Shown: positions 26,726 to 37,065, counted from the stretch's first letter. The stretch: 64,000 bases of DNA from Candidatus Levyibacteriota bacterium (GCA_016186625.1 JACPLG010000007.1:10426-74425), one strand, 5' to 3'. The notes: generated by a model not told the origin, from the sequence alone. Numbers and translations are program-made.

Positions 26726-27340
26726 ATGATTATTCCCACAATTCTAGAAAAGACCTGGGAGGAAATAGAGGAAAAATTTGAAATATATAAAAATTTTGCA
26801 AAAGTAGTCCACGTAGATTTTATTGATGGAAAGTTTACCAACAATTTAACTTTCCTTGATGTCGAGCCTTTCTCAAAATATTCCAAGTATTTTGATCTTG
26901 AAGCGCATTTAATGGTCGAAGAACCTATAAGCTATTTGGATGAGTTGTCATCGGCAGGATTTAAAACTTTTCTTGGACAAATTGAAAAAATGATTGATCA
27001 AGTGGAGTTTGTTGCCAAGGGAGAAATGCTAGGCGCAGTAGGACTTGCACTTGATATTGAAACGCCCAGCTCTCAAATAAAAGTCTCATATGAGGACTTG
27101 GACAGAATTCTTTTAATGGGAGTGCATTTGGGAGCTTCGGGTAGACCATTTGATGGAAGAGTAATTCCTAAGATGAAAGATATTTCACAATCTGGTTTTG
27201 TAAACATTCAGGTTGACGGAGGCGTTGATGATAAAACTTTGCCAATGCTCCGACAAAACGGAGCAAGGTTTTTCTGCGTCAATAGCTTTCTTTTTAAAGG
27301 CGATCCAAAAAAACAGTTTGAAATTCTTGAATCACTTTGA
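26726..27340 (+). CDS. rpe: Ribulose-phosphate 3-epimerase
   Basis: HVDFIDGKF, EAHLMV, LLMGVHLGASG, IQVDGGV. Confidence 0.9.
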   Translation: MIIPTILEKTWEEIEEKFEIYKNFAKVVHVDFIDGKFTNNLTFLDVEPFSKYSKYFDLEAHLMVEEPISYLDELSSAGFKTFLGQIEKMIDQVEFVAKGEMLGAVGLALDIETPSSQIKVSYEDLDRILLMGVHLGASGRPFDGRVIPKMKDISQSGFVNIQVDGGVDDKTLPMLRQNGARFFCVNSFLFKGDPKKQFEILESL

Positions 27341-27344
27341 GCTA

Positions 27345-27567
27345 GGGGTCCTGTCGCTCGTTTCCCTGCTCAGAAAACTCGGAAAACTCAGAGTACCAGA
27401 TATTTTCAGAGAATCAGTGTTTCAGAGTTCCGGATTTCCCGCCTGCCATGGCCTGCCAGCCCGCTTGCCAAGCGAAGCGGCCAGGGGCACTGGCGGACAG
27501 GCTGATTATCCGATTGTCTGATTTTTTCTGACGATCTGAGTAAACATCTGAGTATTCCGAAAAATAT
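27345..27567. repeat. Family A element with nested GC-rich palindromic insert (27438-27501)
   Basis: Inverted copy of 24031-24190 interrupted by cccgcctgcc...ggcggacagg. Confidence 0.9.
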
Positions 27568-27611
27568 TTTCTATGTATATTTGCTATTTAAAATTTGATA
27601 TTTAATATGAT

Positions 27612-29894
27612 TTAGGGGTTTGGTTTTTGCTCCGAAAGACTAATTGGTCTACATAGTACCCTATTTTCTGTGCCTTTTATAAAGTATTCGTTTTTCCCTC
27701 CACACGGCTTGACCACAATATTTTTGGGTGGAGATAAGAGTTCGTCCTTAGGATCACTACTACTTAACAAATTATTCATTATCTTATTCCAAATAGGAGC
27801 AGCCCCTGTAATTCCTGAAGCAAGTCTTGGATTCATAGGGGAGTTATTGTTATTTCCCACCCAAACAGCAGTTAAAATATTGGGAGTATAGCCTATTGTC
27901 CAATTGTCTCTTTTATTATCCGTTGTCCCGGTTTTAACAGAAACAGTATGTCTTGGTATATTAAGTGGAGAATTATAACCAAACTCCATTGCCCGAGAAT
28001 TATTATCAGATAGAATATTTGAAATTATAAATGCAACCTCTTCGGGAACTGCCCTTTTCTTTTTAATTTCTTTCTTCTCTTCGAAAACCTGTCCTTGATA
28101 GTTGGTGACTTTAAGAATTGGGTTAAGCTCTATTTTTTCCCCTTGGTTGGCAAGAGTTCCATAAACAACTGCCATGTCGGTCATTTTTACCTCAGCAGCA
28201 CCAAGAGTTATTGCAAGTCCGTAATTTTGCGGATCTTTCCACGAAGTAATTCCCATTTTTTTGCCCAAATCAACCATTGTCTGAATTCCAATTTTATTAA
28301 GAATTTTTACTGCAGGGATATTGATTGAATTTCCAAGAGCATTCCTAAGAGTTACAGTTCCGTGGAATCTGCCGTCATAATTAACTGGTGAGTAGACAAG
28401 CGCTCCGGCGGGAGCATAGGAAACAGGGGTGTCTTGGACTGTTGTTGCAGCAGTGAAACCATTAAGAAGCGCTGCTGAATAAGTGACAACTTTTATTGCT
28501 GATCCGGGCTGGCGAAGTGCTGTTGTCACATTGTAATTCCCACTATCCTCCGCAAAATAATCTTTCCCTCCTACCATAGCCAGGATGTCTCCATTTTTAG
28601 GGTTTGTGATCAGTGCTGCGGCATTAGTCAGGTTTAGATAAGCTGAGTTTTCAACTTCCGCAGTTACAATCTTCTGGGCCATATCCTGAGTTTTTAAATC
28701 AAGACTTGTAATAACAGAGAGCCCACCCCGCTCAACAATAGGAAGACCGTAGCGTTCAATCAAAAGCTGCCTAACATACATTACAAAGTGAGGAGCCTTT
28801 ATGCTATTTTTATTTTCTCTAAATTCTAATTTTTCATTCTCCGCTTTTTTTGCTTGTTCCGAAGTTATGAAATTTAGCGAAACCATTTGGGCAAGAACCT
28901 CTTTTTGTCGGGCATTCCACAAGTTAGGATTTTGACCATACGGAGAGTATGTTGAAGGAGCCTGGGGAAGTCCTGCCAAAAATGCGCTTTCCGAAAGTGA
29001 AAGCTGTGTTACATCTTTTCCAAAATAAGTTTGAGCAGCGGCTTGGGCTCCCCAGGCAGTGCCTCCATAAGGAACTTGGTTAAAATACATTTCCAAAATT
29101 TGGTCTTTGGTATAAATCCGCTGTGCCCATACTGAAAGGATGACTTCTTTTATCTTTCTTTCAAGTGTTCGCTCAGGGGTTAAGAGCCTTGATTTTACCA
29201 GTTGTTGGGTAATAGTTGAGCCTCCCTGAAGAGGACGGCCCGTTAGATCAACTATTGCAGCCCTAAGTATTGCTAGGACGTCAAAGCCTGGAGTTTTGTA
29301 GAAATTCTTGTCCTCAATTGCTATTGTTGCATTTTTAAGATCCTGGGGAATTTTAGATAAGGGGACATTTGTTCTATCCTGATTGGCGTAAATTTGATAG
29401 AGAAGAGTTTTGTTTCTGTCATAAATTTTTGTTGTTTGAGAAATTTCTTGGTGAGCAAGAGTAGAAGGGTTTGGCAAGCTTCTAATAAATATTATGGAAA
29501 CTATGGGCATAAAAATAAAGAAAAAAGAAAAAATACTCCCAATTAAGATATATTTGAGTCTGGTTTGAAATGGAAGTCTAAGAGGAAGTCTTGGACGGCC
29601 TCTTTTTTTATGCTTTAAATGAAATTTTGGGAGATGCGGCCTTGAAAGTTTGATCTGCTGCATTTTTACCACGGGAAGTTTGAAAACAGGAAGTTTAAAC
29701 TGTGGCAGGCGGGGAAGTTTGACTATTGGTTTTTTAGTTTCTTCCTCAGTGCTAAAGATTATCTGTTCAACAATTTTTTTTCGCCGCAAGTGTATGAGGA
29801 TTTTCCACAGGAGAGATAAAAAAAGAAGAGTTACATCGCCAATAAAAATTAGTATTTTGGCAGCAAGAATGATAAGGTCCTCAACCAGTTTCAT
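27612..29894 (-). CDS. Class A penicillin-binding protein (PBP1A family)
   Basis: EDKNFY, GGSTITQQLVK, RKIKE, RQPGSAIK, SIN, KTGT. Confidence 0.95.
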   Translation of the reverse strand: MKLVEDLIILAAKILIFIGDVTLLFLSLLWKILIHLRRKKIVEQIIFSTEEETKKPIVKLPRLPQFKLPVFKLPVVKMQQIKLSRPHLPKFHLKHKKRGRPRLPLRLPFQTRLKYILIGSIFSFFFIFMPIVSIIFIRSLPNPSTLAHQEISQTTKIYDRNKTLLYQIYANQDRTNVPLSKIPQDLKNATIAIEDKNFYKTPGFDVLAILRAAIVDLTGRPLQGGSTITQQLVKSRLLTPERTLERKIKEVILSVWAQRIYTKDQILEMYFNQVPYGGTAWGAQAAAQTYFGKDVTQLSLSESAFLAGLPQAPSTYSPYGQNPNLWNARQKEVLAQMVSLNFITSEQAKKAENEKLEFRENKNSIKAPHFVMYVRQLLIERYGLPIVERGGLSVITSLDLKTQDMAQKIVTAEVENSAYLNLTNAAALITNPKNGDILAMVGGKDYFAEDSGNYNVTTALRQPGSAIKVVTYSAALLNGFTAATTVQDTPVSYAPAGALVYSPVNYDGRFHGTVTLRNALGNSINIPAVKILNKIGIQTMVDLGKKMGITSWKDPQNYGLAITLGAAEVKMTDMAVVYGTLANQGEKIELNPILKVTNYQGQVFEEKKEIKKKRAVPEEVAFIISNILSDNNSRAMEFGYNSPLNIPRHTVSVKTGTTDNKRDNWTIGYTPNILTAVWVGNNNNSPMNPRLASGITGAAPIWNKIMNNLLSSSDPKDELLSPPKNIVVKPCGGKNEYFIKGTENRVLCRPISLSEQKPNP

Positions 29895-30006
29895 ACTAGA
29901 TTTTAAATGAGCAGAAGATAAAGCCGTATTCAGCTTCGATTAGTGGGACGAAACTATTTGGATTATACAAAAAGGATTACTGCTTGGAAAGAGGGATTTT
30001 AGGTGA

Positions 30007-30432
30007 TTACCTGCCTGTAAATCTTGCGTAAGTAATAATAAGGAGTCCGATTGCGAGAAATCCTAGACCAACTCCTTGGAATAAAGTTACTTTTTCTTTA
30101 AAAAAGAAATAGCTTAAGATTGCAGATACTAAGATTGATCCGCCAAAAACAATTGGAACAACAACCGCAACTTTATTTTGTGAATAACTTTTAGTTAGAG
30201 CAATGCTAAAAAGAGCAATAAAAACACCAGCGATTAATGCTGCAATGAGTCCCAGCCTTTGGTTTTGAATATTTGCTTTGTTTAATATCGGAATTGCTAC
30301 AAGTGTAGGAATTATTGCTGACACAATGTTTATAAGAGCAGCAACAATAGTAGTATTTGCCATTCTTGATGCAAAAGCCCCAACGAGGATTGCCGAACTA
30401 TAAAAAAGCGTTGCGAGGAATATATATATCAC
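30007..30432 (-). CDS. EamA/DMT family small transporter
   Basis: Five TMs; ILSYFFFKEKVT..QGVG motif. Confidence 0.75.
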   Translation of the reverse strand: MIYIFLATLFYSSAILVGAFASRMANTTIVAALINIVSAIIPTLVAIPILNKANIQNQRLGLIAALIAGVFIALFSIALTKSYSQNKVAVVVPIVFGGSILVSAILSYFFFKEKVTLFQGVGLGFLAIGLLIITYARFTGR

Positions 30433-31309
30433 TAGGAAAAATTATATCAGATTGAGAGATTGGCTTTTGGGCAATTACCGTGACCATCCCTCCATACTTT
30501 TGATCTTCCCATGTTTCCAGACGTTCGAGGTAGTGATTATTTCTTCCCTTCCCCCAGTCTTTGCCATAAATAAGATTTTGTTGACCTGTAGTAGGAATAA
30601 CGCGCGAATAAACTATACCAAGCCCCCTTCGTTGAAAATATTCCAAAAGGTGAGTCTGTCCGAAGAAAAGGATTTTGCCCGGTTCTTCCTCAACATCTTC
30701 CCTGTGATGATGTCCATGATGAGTGACAAAAGCTCTTGCTGGTCTAGATCGTAAGGCTTCTGGGTTCTCGCTGCTCTCTATCATAATCTGATCATATAAG
30801 TAGTCAGCGCTACCAAAGGTTCTGATGTAAATATGCCCGGAAGGTTTAGTAGCATTAATTGCCTTATCTATTACAGAATATGCGGCCTCAAGACTTGGAA
30901 AATGAAAAAAAGTATCAGCTAGCATTACAGTATCGTATTGATTCTCACCAAGATCAGCTCTTGTTATATCTTCTTCGCGCAATTCAATGGGGAGGTTAAA
31001 TCCAGAAGCCATATTTCTGACTAAATCTACAAATGTAGGATCATACTCGTATCCGACAACATTCATTCCTTGTAATGCAAAAAATAGAGATGATCTTCCT
31101 TCACCTATGCCCAAATCAAGTAGTTTACCTGCGGGAACCAAAAGCCTATCTTTAAATTTCCAGAATTCTGGATCTCCTGCCATGTAGTCCCAACCGTTAT
31201 CGGGAGAAAACCTAGCCCCCCTATTTCCAATTAGAAATAAGAAGGTATATGCAGAATCCGGCCACGTTTCAGGTTTGGGAATTATTGGCTCAATTTCCGC
31301 TCTATTCAT
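30398..31309 (-). CDS. Class I SAM-dependent methyltransferase
   Basis: LLDLGIGEGRSSLFFALQGMNVVGYE, TKPSGHIYI. Confidence 0.85.
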   Translation of the reverse strand: MNRAEIEPIIPKPETWPDSAYTFLFLIGNRGARFSPDNGWDYMAGDPEFWKFKDRLLVPAGKLLDLGIGEGRSSLFFALQGMNVVGYEYDPTFVDLVRNMASGFNLPIELREEDITRADLGENQYDTVMLADTFFHFPSLEAAYSVIDKAINATKPSGHIYIRTFGSADYLYDQIMIESSENPEALRSRPARAFVTHHGHHHREDVEEEPGKILFFGQTHLLEYFQRRGLGIVYSRVIPTTGQQNLIYGKDWGKGRNNHYLERLETWEDQKYGGMVTVIAQKPISQSDIIFPSDIYIPRNAFL

Positions 31310-31396
31310 AGAAGTGAATTATACCAAAAGTGCCCTATAGTAGCAATGTTTTAGGGGTTTGGGGTGGGGGAAGGTGAGAGTTCGGGATGAGGAGAA

Positions 31397-31621
31397 TTAC
31401 TCTTTTTCGAAAAAATCTTTCTCATCTACGCCAGCTTGTTTTATAATGTTTTTTAAAGTTCCGACTCTGATTTCTCTGTGATGAGGTATAACACAAGTTT
31501 TTCTTGTTTTTTCATTCCACCATATTTCGTGTGAACCGCCAGTTGATCGCCTAAAAGAAAACCCTAACTTACGAAGTTTTTTAATTACCACTCTGTAAGA
31601 AAGAGGTTTTACTCCTGGCAT
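31397..31621 (-). CDS. hicA: HicA family toxin
   Basis: LRKLGF..RSTGGSHEIW, IPHHREIRVGTLKNIIKQAG. Confidence 0.9.
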   Translation of the reverse strand: MPGVKPLSYRVVIKKLRKLGFSFRRSTGGSHEIWWNEKTRKTCVIPHHREIRVGTLKNIIKQAGVDEKDFFEKE

Positions 31622-31624
31622 AAA

Positions 31625-31903
31625 TTAATTAGTTGAAACAACTAACGGGAAGGTAAGAGTGATATTTGACGAGGGTTTTTTGGAAGTATTTTTTAATTTC
31701 AATGGTACTTTTAACCCTTCTTCTTTATAAAGTTCGATTAAAGAAGATGCTACATAGGCTATTTCGTTGATTGCTTCTTCTAAACTGTCTCCTTGTGCGT
31801 AACAATCTTTCCACTTTGTGCAAACTGCAATAAATGCTCCATCCTCCTCATGGATGGTAATTGGTAATTCATACTCAGCAATAGTTAGAGTTTTACTTTT
31901 CAT
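31625..31903 (-). CDS. hicB: HicB family antitoxin (short, no evident DNA-binding domain)
   Basis: EEDGAFIAVC..WKDCYAQGDSLEEAI. Confidence 0.85.
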   Translation of the reverse strand: MKSKTLTIAEYELPITIHEEDGAFIAVCTKWKDCYAQGDSLEEAINEIAYVASSLIELYKEEGLKVPLKLKNTSKKPSSNITLTFPLVVSTN

Positions 31904-31927
31904 GCAAGTTATTATAACACAAAAAAC

Positions 31928-34096
31928 TTAAGGTGTAGGAGTGGGAGAAGGGGAGAGGTCGGGGTGAGGGCAATCAACACAATACCTGTCTCCAGTCTCG
32001 TCCGTTATTACATAATGTTCTTTTAGCTCCAGATTTTCCGTTTGTTTTGGATCCTTTGGAAGGTCCTGGGTATCTTTATCAACAAAAACATTTTGTTTTC
32101 CCGGATCTCTCTTTTTAGGATACATATTTCTTATAAAATAATCTGATCTTGTTTCGCATCCTGCGCCCTCCGAAGCGAAATACCCGGAGTATCTGCACGC
32201 ACTTAGCCTTACTACATTTTTTGGAGGAGACCAAGGTGAGGTTTTCTTGCCTTTGAGTAAAAATTCCGTAATCTCCCTCCAGATAGGAGAAGCACCAGTT
32301 ACGCCTGAAACCACTGCGCCCATTGGGCTGTTATCATTATTGCCAACCCAAGTTGTCACAACATATTCTGGAGTATATCCTATTGTCCAATTATCTCTAT
32401 AATCATTTGTAGTTCCTGTTTTTACCGAAACGGTTTGACCAGGTATATTAAGAACAGAATTTGTGCCAAAAGCAATAGTTCGAGCACCATTATCAGCTAA
32501 AATATCTGAGATTATAAATGTAACTTCCTCAGGTAAAACTTTCTCACCAAAAATAGGCGACTGGTCTCTCTTCCTCTCAAGTACTTTTCCACGAGAATCC
32601 TTTATTTCTAAAATCGGATTTAAATCAACTCTATAGCCTTTATTTGCAAAAACCCCAAAAGCAGTTGCCATGTCCATCATAGTCACTTCCCCTCCTCCCA
32701 GTGTTAGAGAAAGCCCATACCTCCCAGGATCTGTAAAAGTTGTTATTCCCATGGCAGAGGCTGTTGCCATCATAGCCTCAACCGTATTTAGTTTTAGCAT
32801 TTTAACCGCCGGAATATTTAGTGAGCTACCAAGAGCCTCTCTCATTGATACTACTCCATGAAACTTTCCGTCATAATTTCTCGGGCAATAGTATGGATTT
32901 GGCGGATTTGGAAAACAGATCTCCTTATCAACAAATACAGTTGCCGCAGAATAACCATTCAATAGGCCGGCTGCATAATTAATAGGTTTAATTGAGGAAC
33001 CGGGCTGGCGCCTTGCCAGTGCAATATTTACATTCCCATCAATTGATGAATCAAAATAGTCCTTACTTCCAACAAGAGCCAAAATATCTCCTGACCCGGG
33101 ATCAGTTACTACTGCTGCTCCATTTGAAACTCTTGCCCCTCGGAGCTTCGCAACTTCTGAGGCAACTGCAAGCTCCGCAAATTCCTGAATAGCAGAATCA
33201 AGTGTAGTTCTTACTTGGAATCCACCTTCTTCCGTGAATTTTTCTCCATACTTTTTTTCCAACAGATCTTTTACATATAAAACAAAATGAGGAGCTTTTA
33301 TGCTGTCAGAAATATTTTTATATTCGAGTTTTTCTTCTTTTGCCCTTTTCTCCTCCTCCTTAGTGATATAGCCCTGCTCTCGCATTCTTGAAAGTACGAG
33401 TTCCTGTCTTTTTTTGGCAAGCTCAGGACGCGAACCAAAAGGCGAATAAAGAGTAGGGCTTTGCGGAAGTCCAGCAAGAAGGGCTGCCTCGGAAAGAGTC
33501 AGATTATGGGCGCTTTTTCCAAAATAAGTTTTTGCGCCGGCCTCAATCCCATAAGCAGTGCCCCCGTAGGGGATTTGGTTAAGATACATCTCAAGAATTT
33601 GAGACTTTGAGTAAAGTATTTCTGTTGCAAAAGCCAAGACAATCTCTTTTATTTTTCTCTGAACAGAACGCTCAGGAGTCAGTAGACTGCTTTTTACAAG
33701 CTGCTGAGTTAAAGTGGATCCTCCTTGGATGGGCTTTCCAGATATATTTGCAACAGAGGCTCTTATAATTCCTCTAACATCAATTGCTCCGTGGCGGTAA
33801 AAATCCTTATCCTCAATTGCCACAGTTGCGTCCTGGACATGCTTTGGAATTTCCGAAAGCTTAATTTGAGTCCTGTTTTTATTTAAATAGACTGTATATA
33901 AAAGCTCACCGTTGCGATCAAAAATCTGACTTGACTGGGGAATATTAACGGGGCTATTTAGTCTGGTTGGAGAGGGAAGATCTTTAAGAATAAAAAAATA
34001 AGACAAAGCAATCAAAAATGCAGCCAAAATAAAAATAACAAGACCAAAAAATCTCTTTTTCCGAAATTTTGCGTAAAACTTCCCGAAGCCTTTCAT
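31928..34096 (-). CDS. Class A penicillin-binding protein (PBP1A family)
   Basis: EDKDFY, GGSTLTQQLVK, RKIKE, RQPGSSIK, SLN, KTGT. Confidence 0.95.
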   Translation of the reverse strand: MKGFGKFYAKFRKKRFFGLVIFILAAFLIALSYFFILKDLPSPTRLNSPVNIPQSSQIFDRNGELLYTVYLNKNRTQIKLSEIPKHVQDATVAIEDKDFYRHGAIDVRGIIRASVANISGKPIQGGSTLTQQLVKSSLLTPERSVQRKIKEIVLAFATEILYSKSQILEMYLNQIPYGGTAYGIEAGAKTYFGKSAHNLTLSEAALLAGLPQSPTLYSPFGSRPELAKKRQELVLSRMREQGYITKEEEKRAKEEKLEYKNISDSIKAPHFVLYVKDLLEKKYGEKFTEEGGFQVRTTLDSAIQEFAELAVASEVAKLRGARVSNGAAVVTDPGSGDILALVGSKDYFDSSIDGNVNIALARRQPGSSIKPINYAAGLLNGYSAATVFVDKEICFPNPPNPYYCPRNYDGKFHGVVSMREALGSSLNIPAVKMLKLNTVEAMMATASAMGITTFTDPGRYGLSLTLGGGEVTMMDMATAFGVFANKGYRVDLNPILEIKDSRGKVLERKRDQSPIFGEKVLPEEVTFIISDILADNGARTIAFGTNSVLNIPGQTVSVKTGTTNDYRDNWTIGYTPEYVVTTWVGNNDNSPMGAVVSGVTGASPIWREITEFLLKGKKTSPWSPPKNVVRLSACRYSGYFASEGAGCETRSDYFIRNMYPKKRDPGKQNVFVDKDTQDLPKDPKQTENLELKEHYVITDETGDRYCVDCPHPDLSPSPTPTP

Positions 34097-34142
34097 TTAG
34101 ATACTAATAATATCATTCGGGTAGCATTAGAAACAACAATTT

Positions 34143-34180
34143 ATCCAGCACCTTTTTTCTGCAGAAAAAAGGTGCTGGAT
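34143..34180. repeat. Perfect 38-bp palindrome in divergent promoter region
   Basis: atccagcaccttttttctgcagaaaaaaggtgctggat is its own reverse complement. Confidence 0.95.
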
Positions 34181-34196
34181 TTATTATAATAAGTTT

Positions 34197-35228
34197 ATGA
34201 TTCCACTTGATAATATTCAGGATTTTCTCACGTTTCTCTCAATTCCTTTTGTTAATTTAAATTTTGTTGATCTAGCAATTATTTTAGTAATTCTGGTTTA
34301 TGCTATTGAGGGATATGCACTTGGATTTATTAAAGGATTCTCAGATTTCATAAGCTTTGTTTTATCATTCTTATTTGGCCTTACATTTTATAGTATATTT
34401 GGTGATTTTTTAGTAAATAACTTTAATATTCCAAAAGGTTTTGGAAATGCTTTAGGCTTTTTCCTAGCTGCTTTCATTGCTGAGGTTGCACTGACTTTAA
34501 TCTTAAGATTTGTGATTTTACCATTTATATTAACTAAACTTGAAAAATTAAAATATCCAAGACAAATTGAAAAGTTAACCGGGATAATCCCCGGAGTTTT
34601 TTCCGCTGTTGTACTTCTGGCATTTGTTTTAACAATGGTTGTTGCGCTTCCCCTTTCGCCATATCTTAAAAATTCCGTTTCTGTATCTAAATTGGGAGAA
34701 CCCCTTGTTTCACAAATTCAGGGATTTGATAAACAGCTTAATGAAGTATTTGGAGGCGCAGTTAATGATGCTCTTACTTTCTTAACAATTGAGCCAAAAA
34801 GCGAAGAACTTTTGCAGTTAAACTTTTCTACATCAAATGTCTCTTTGGATAGAGATTCAGAGATTGAAATGCTTGGGCTAGTAAATAGCGAGAGAGAAGC
34901 TGCAGGGCTGGGTGTACTTGATGAGGATCCTGCGCTTCGGGAAGTTGCCAGGAATCATTGTCTGGACATGCTTGAGCGCGGTTATTTCTCTCATTACACA
35001 CCAGAAGGAAAATCTCCATTTGACAGAATGACGGAAGGAAATATTGACTTCAAATTTGCCGGAGAGAATCTTGCTCTTGCACCCAATACTAAGCTTGCCA
35101 TGAGAGGACTTATGGGCAGCCCAGGACACCGTGCAAATATTTTGTCAGAAGATTTTGGTAGAGTAGGAATAGGAGTAATTGACGCAGGCATATACGGAGA
35201 AATGTTTTGCCAGGAATTCGCAGACTAG
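34197..35228 (+). CDS. CvpA-family membrane domain fused to CAP (SCP) domain
   Basis: VDLAII..EGYALGFI; LVNSERE..GL, HCLDM..RGYFSH, GENLA, SPGHRANIL. Confidence 0.85.
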   Translation: MIPLDNIQDFLTFLSIPFVNLNFVDLAIILVILVYAIEGYALGFIKGFSDFISFVLSFLFGLTFYSIFGDFLVNNFNIPKGFGNALGFFLAAFIAEVALTLILRFVILPFILTKLEKLKYPRQIEKLTGIIPGVFSAVVLLAFVLTMVVALPLSPYLKNSVSVSKLGEPLVSQIQGFDKQLNEVFGGAVNDALTFLTIEPKSEELLQLNFSTSNVSLDRDSEIEMLGLVNSEREAAGLGVLDEDPALREVARNHCLDMLERGYFSHYTPEGKSPFDRMTEGNIDFKFAGENLALAPNTKLAMRGLMGSPGHRANILSEDFGRVGIGVIDAGIYGEMFCQEFAD

Positions 35229-35263
35229 TGATTAGATATTAGTTACTAGATACTAGTTCGATT

Positions 35264-36436
35264 ATGGTAAATTTGCCGAGTTTGGAGTCTGCCAATGTTA
35301 GAAACAAAAGAGTTTTTGTAAGGTGTGATTTTGATGTTCCGCTATCGCAACAGCCAACTGCCAACAAACAACCTGCCTCGCCGGCAGGCAGGCAAACAAC
35401 TATTGCGGATGATATGCGTTTGATTTCCGGGGTTTCCACGATTGAGCATCTACTCGAACAAGGAGCCACAGTTATTGCTGCTGGTCATCTTGGACGGCCC
35501 GCTCGCCATCGCTACGCTCAGGAGTTAGCGGGCGAACCCGGCGACCAATTTCAAATTACTGAGCCGCAGTTCAGTTTACTTCCTATTGCACAGTGGTTTG
35601 CGGAGGAATTCCCGGGGACAAGCGTAAAGCAAACCCATATTGGAGGATTTTCAGCTTGGAAACTTAAGGAAAATTTTTATATTCTTGAGAATCTGAGGTT
35701 TTATAAAGAGGAAGAGGAAAATGACAGAGCTTTCTATCATAAATTAGCTTATCTTGTAGATATCTATGTTAATGAAGCTTTTGGCTCATCTCATAGGCCG
35801 CATGCTTCAATTGTTGGAATCCCTTCACTTCTTCCTCATTTTCCCGGCTTCCATTTCCAGAAAGAAGTAAAGATTTTAAGTAGTGTAATTGATAATCCCA
35901 GAAGACCTTTTACTTTTATTGTGGGAGGAGCAAAAATCGAAACCAAACTTCCGCTAATTTCAAGAATGCATAAATTTGCTGATTATGTTTTGGTGGGAGG
36001 GGAACTAGCTGAACAAGATAAAGTTTTGATAAAAGAACAGCATGAGAGTATGTCTTCAAACAAAGCAATGCTTTTTGTTGCGGATCTAAACTCTGACAAA
36101 ACAGATATTACGCCAAAAAGTCTTGAGAATTTTTTACAGATTGTTCCGCGCTCGAAATGTATTATCTGGAACGGGCCGATGGGATTAATAAATGAAAAAT
36201 TAAAAATTAAAAATGAAAAACTTGAGGAAGGGGACGGGGGATATACGAGTTTAAAACTGGCTGAAGAGATTATTGCAAGCGGAGCATATAAAGTTGTTGG
36301 GGGAGGAGATACAATTGGACTTCTTAACAAACACAAACTTTTGGGAAACTTCGATTTTGCATCCGTAGGAGGCGGTGCAATGCTTGAGTTTCTCTCAGGA
36401 GAAACTTTGCCAGGAGTTTTAGCTCTTCAAAATTAA
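35264..36436 (+). CDS. pgk: Phosphoglycerate kinase with repeat-derived insertions
   Basis: RVFVRCDFDVP, HLGRP, LENLRF, AFGSSHRPHAS, GGAKIETK, WNGPMG, GGGDT, GGGAMLEFL. Confidence 0.95.
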   Translation: MVNLPSLESANVRNKRVFVRCDFDVPLSQQPTANKQPASPAGRQTTIADDMRLISGVSTIEHLLEQGATVIAAGHLGRPARHRYAQELAGEPGDQFQITEPQFSLLPIAQWFAEEFPGTSVKQTHIGGFSAWKLKENFYILENLRFYKEEEENDRAFYHKLAYLVDIYVNEAFGSSHRPHASIVGIPSLLPHFPGFHFQKEVKILSSVIDNPRRPFTFIVGGAKIETKLPLISRMHKFADYVLVGGELAEQDKVLIKEQHESMSSNKAMLFVADLNSDKTDITPKSLENFLQIVPRSKCIIWNGPMGLINEKLKIKNEKLEEGDGGYTSLKLAEEIIASGAYKVVGGGDTIGLLNKHKLLGNFDFASVGGGAMLEFLSGETLPGVLALQN

Positions 36437-36474
36437 TACTTGATGATTTAGGCAACCCCTTCTATAATTTGTAA

Positions 36475-37065
36475 ATGACACCTGTTGACTTTCCTAATAT
36501 ACGGAATATTACCATCTCCGGTAGAATTGCTTCCGGCACCACAACCTTAGCGAATAACCTTATAAAAACATTAGGATGGGAACTTTTGGAAGGTGGAGAA
36601 TTGTTTGGAAAATTTCATGAAGAACACCTCGATGATAAATCGGAGCTTGCCGTTTCCCGAAGACCTGATGAGGTGGATTTAGAATATGAAGAAATGATTA
36701 AAAAGATTTTAAAAGAGAAAAATCATCAGATAATTCAGAGTCATCTAGCAGGCTTTGACGCTCAAGGAATTCCGGGTGTTTTTAAAATTTTAGTAACCTG
36801 CGAGGATGCAAACGGCGAGGACAGGATTGATATAAGAATCGATAGACTTGTGAACAGAAAAGGATTACACGTGGATGATGCCAAACACGAAATTCGGGAA
36901 AGAGAAAAAAGTAACTTAGAGAAGTGGAGAAGAATGTATGCAGGGGAAGATCCCAACTGGGTTTATTGGGATCCAAAATATTATGATTTGATAGTCAACA
37001 CTTATGATCATAATCCTGAGGAAAGTCTCAATTTAGTTCTGGAAAAGATAGGATTTAATAAATAA
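36475..37065 (+). CDS. cmk: Cytidylate kinase, archaeal-type
   Basis: ITISGRIASGTTTLA P-loop variant; YYDLIVNT. Confidence 0.7.
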   Translation: MTPVDFPNIRNITISGRIASGTTTLANNLIKTLGWELLEGGELFGKFHEEHLDDKSELAVSRRPDEVDLEYEEMIKKILKEKNHQIIQSHLAGFDAQGIPGVFKILVTCEDANGEDRIDIRIDRLVNRKGLHVDDAKHEIREREKSNLEKWRRMYAGEDPNWVYWDPKYYDLIVNTYDHNPEESLNLVLEKIGFNK

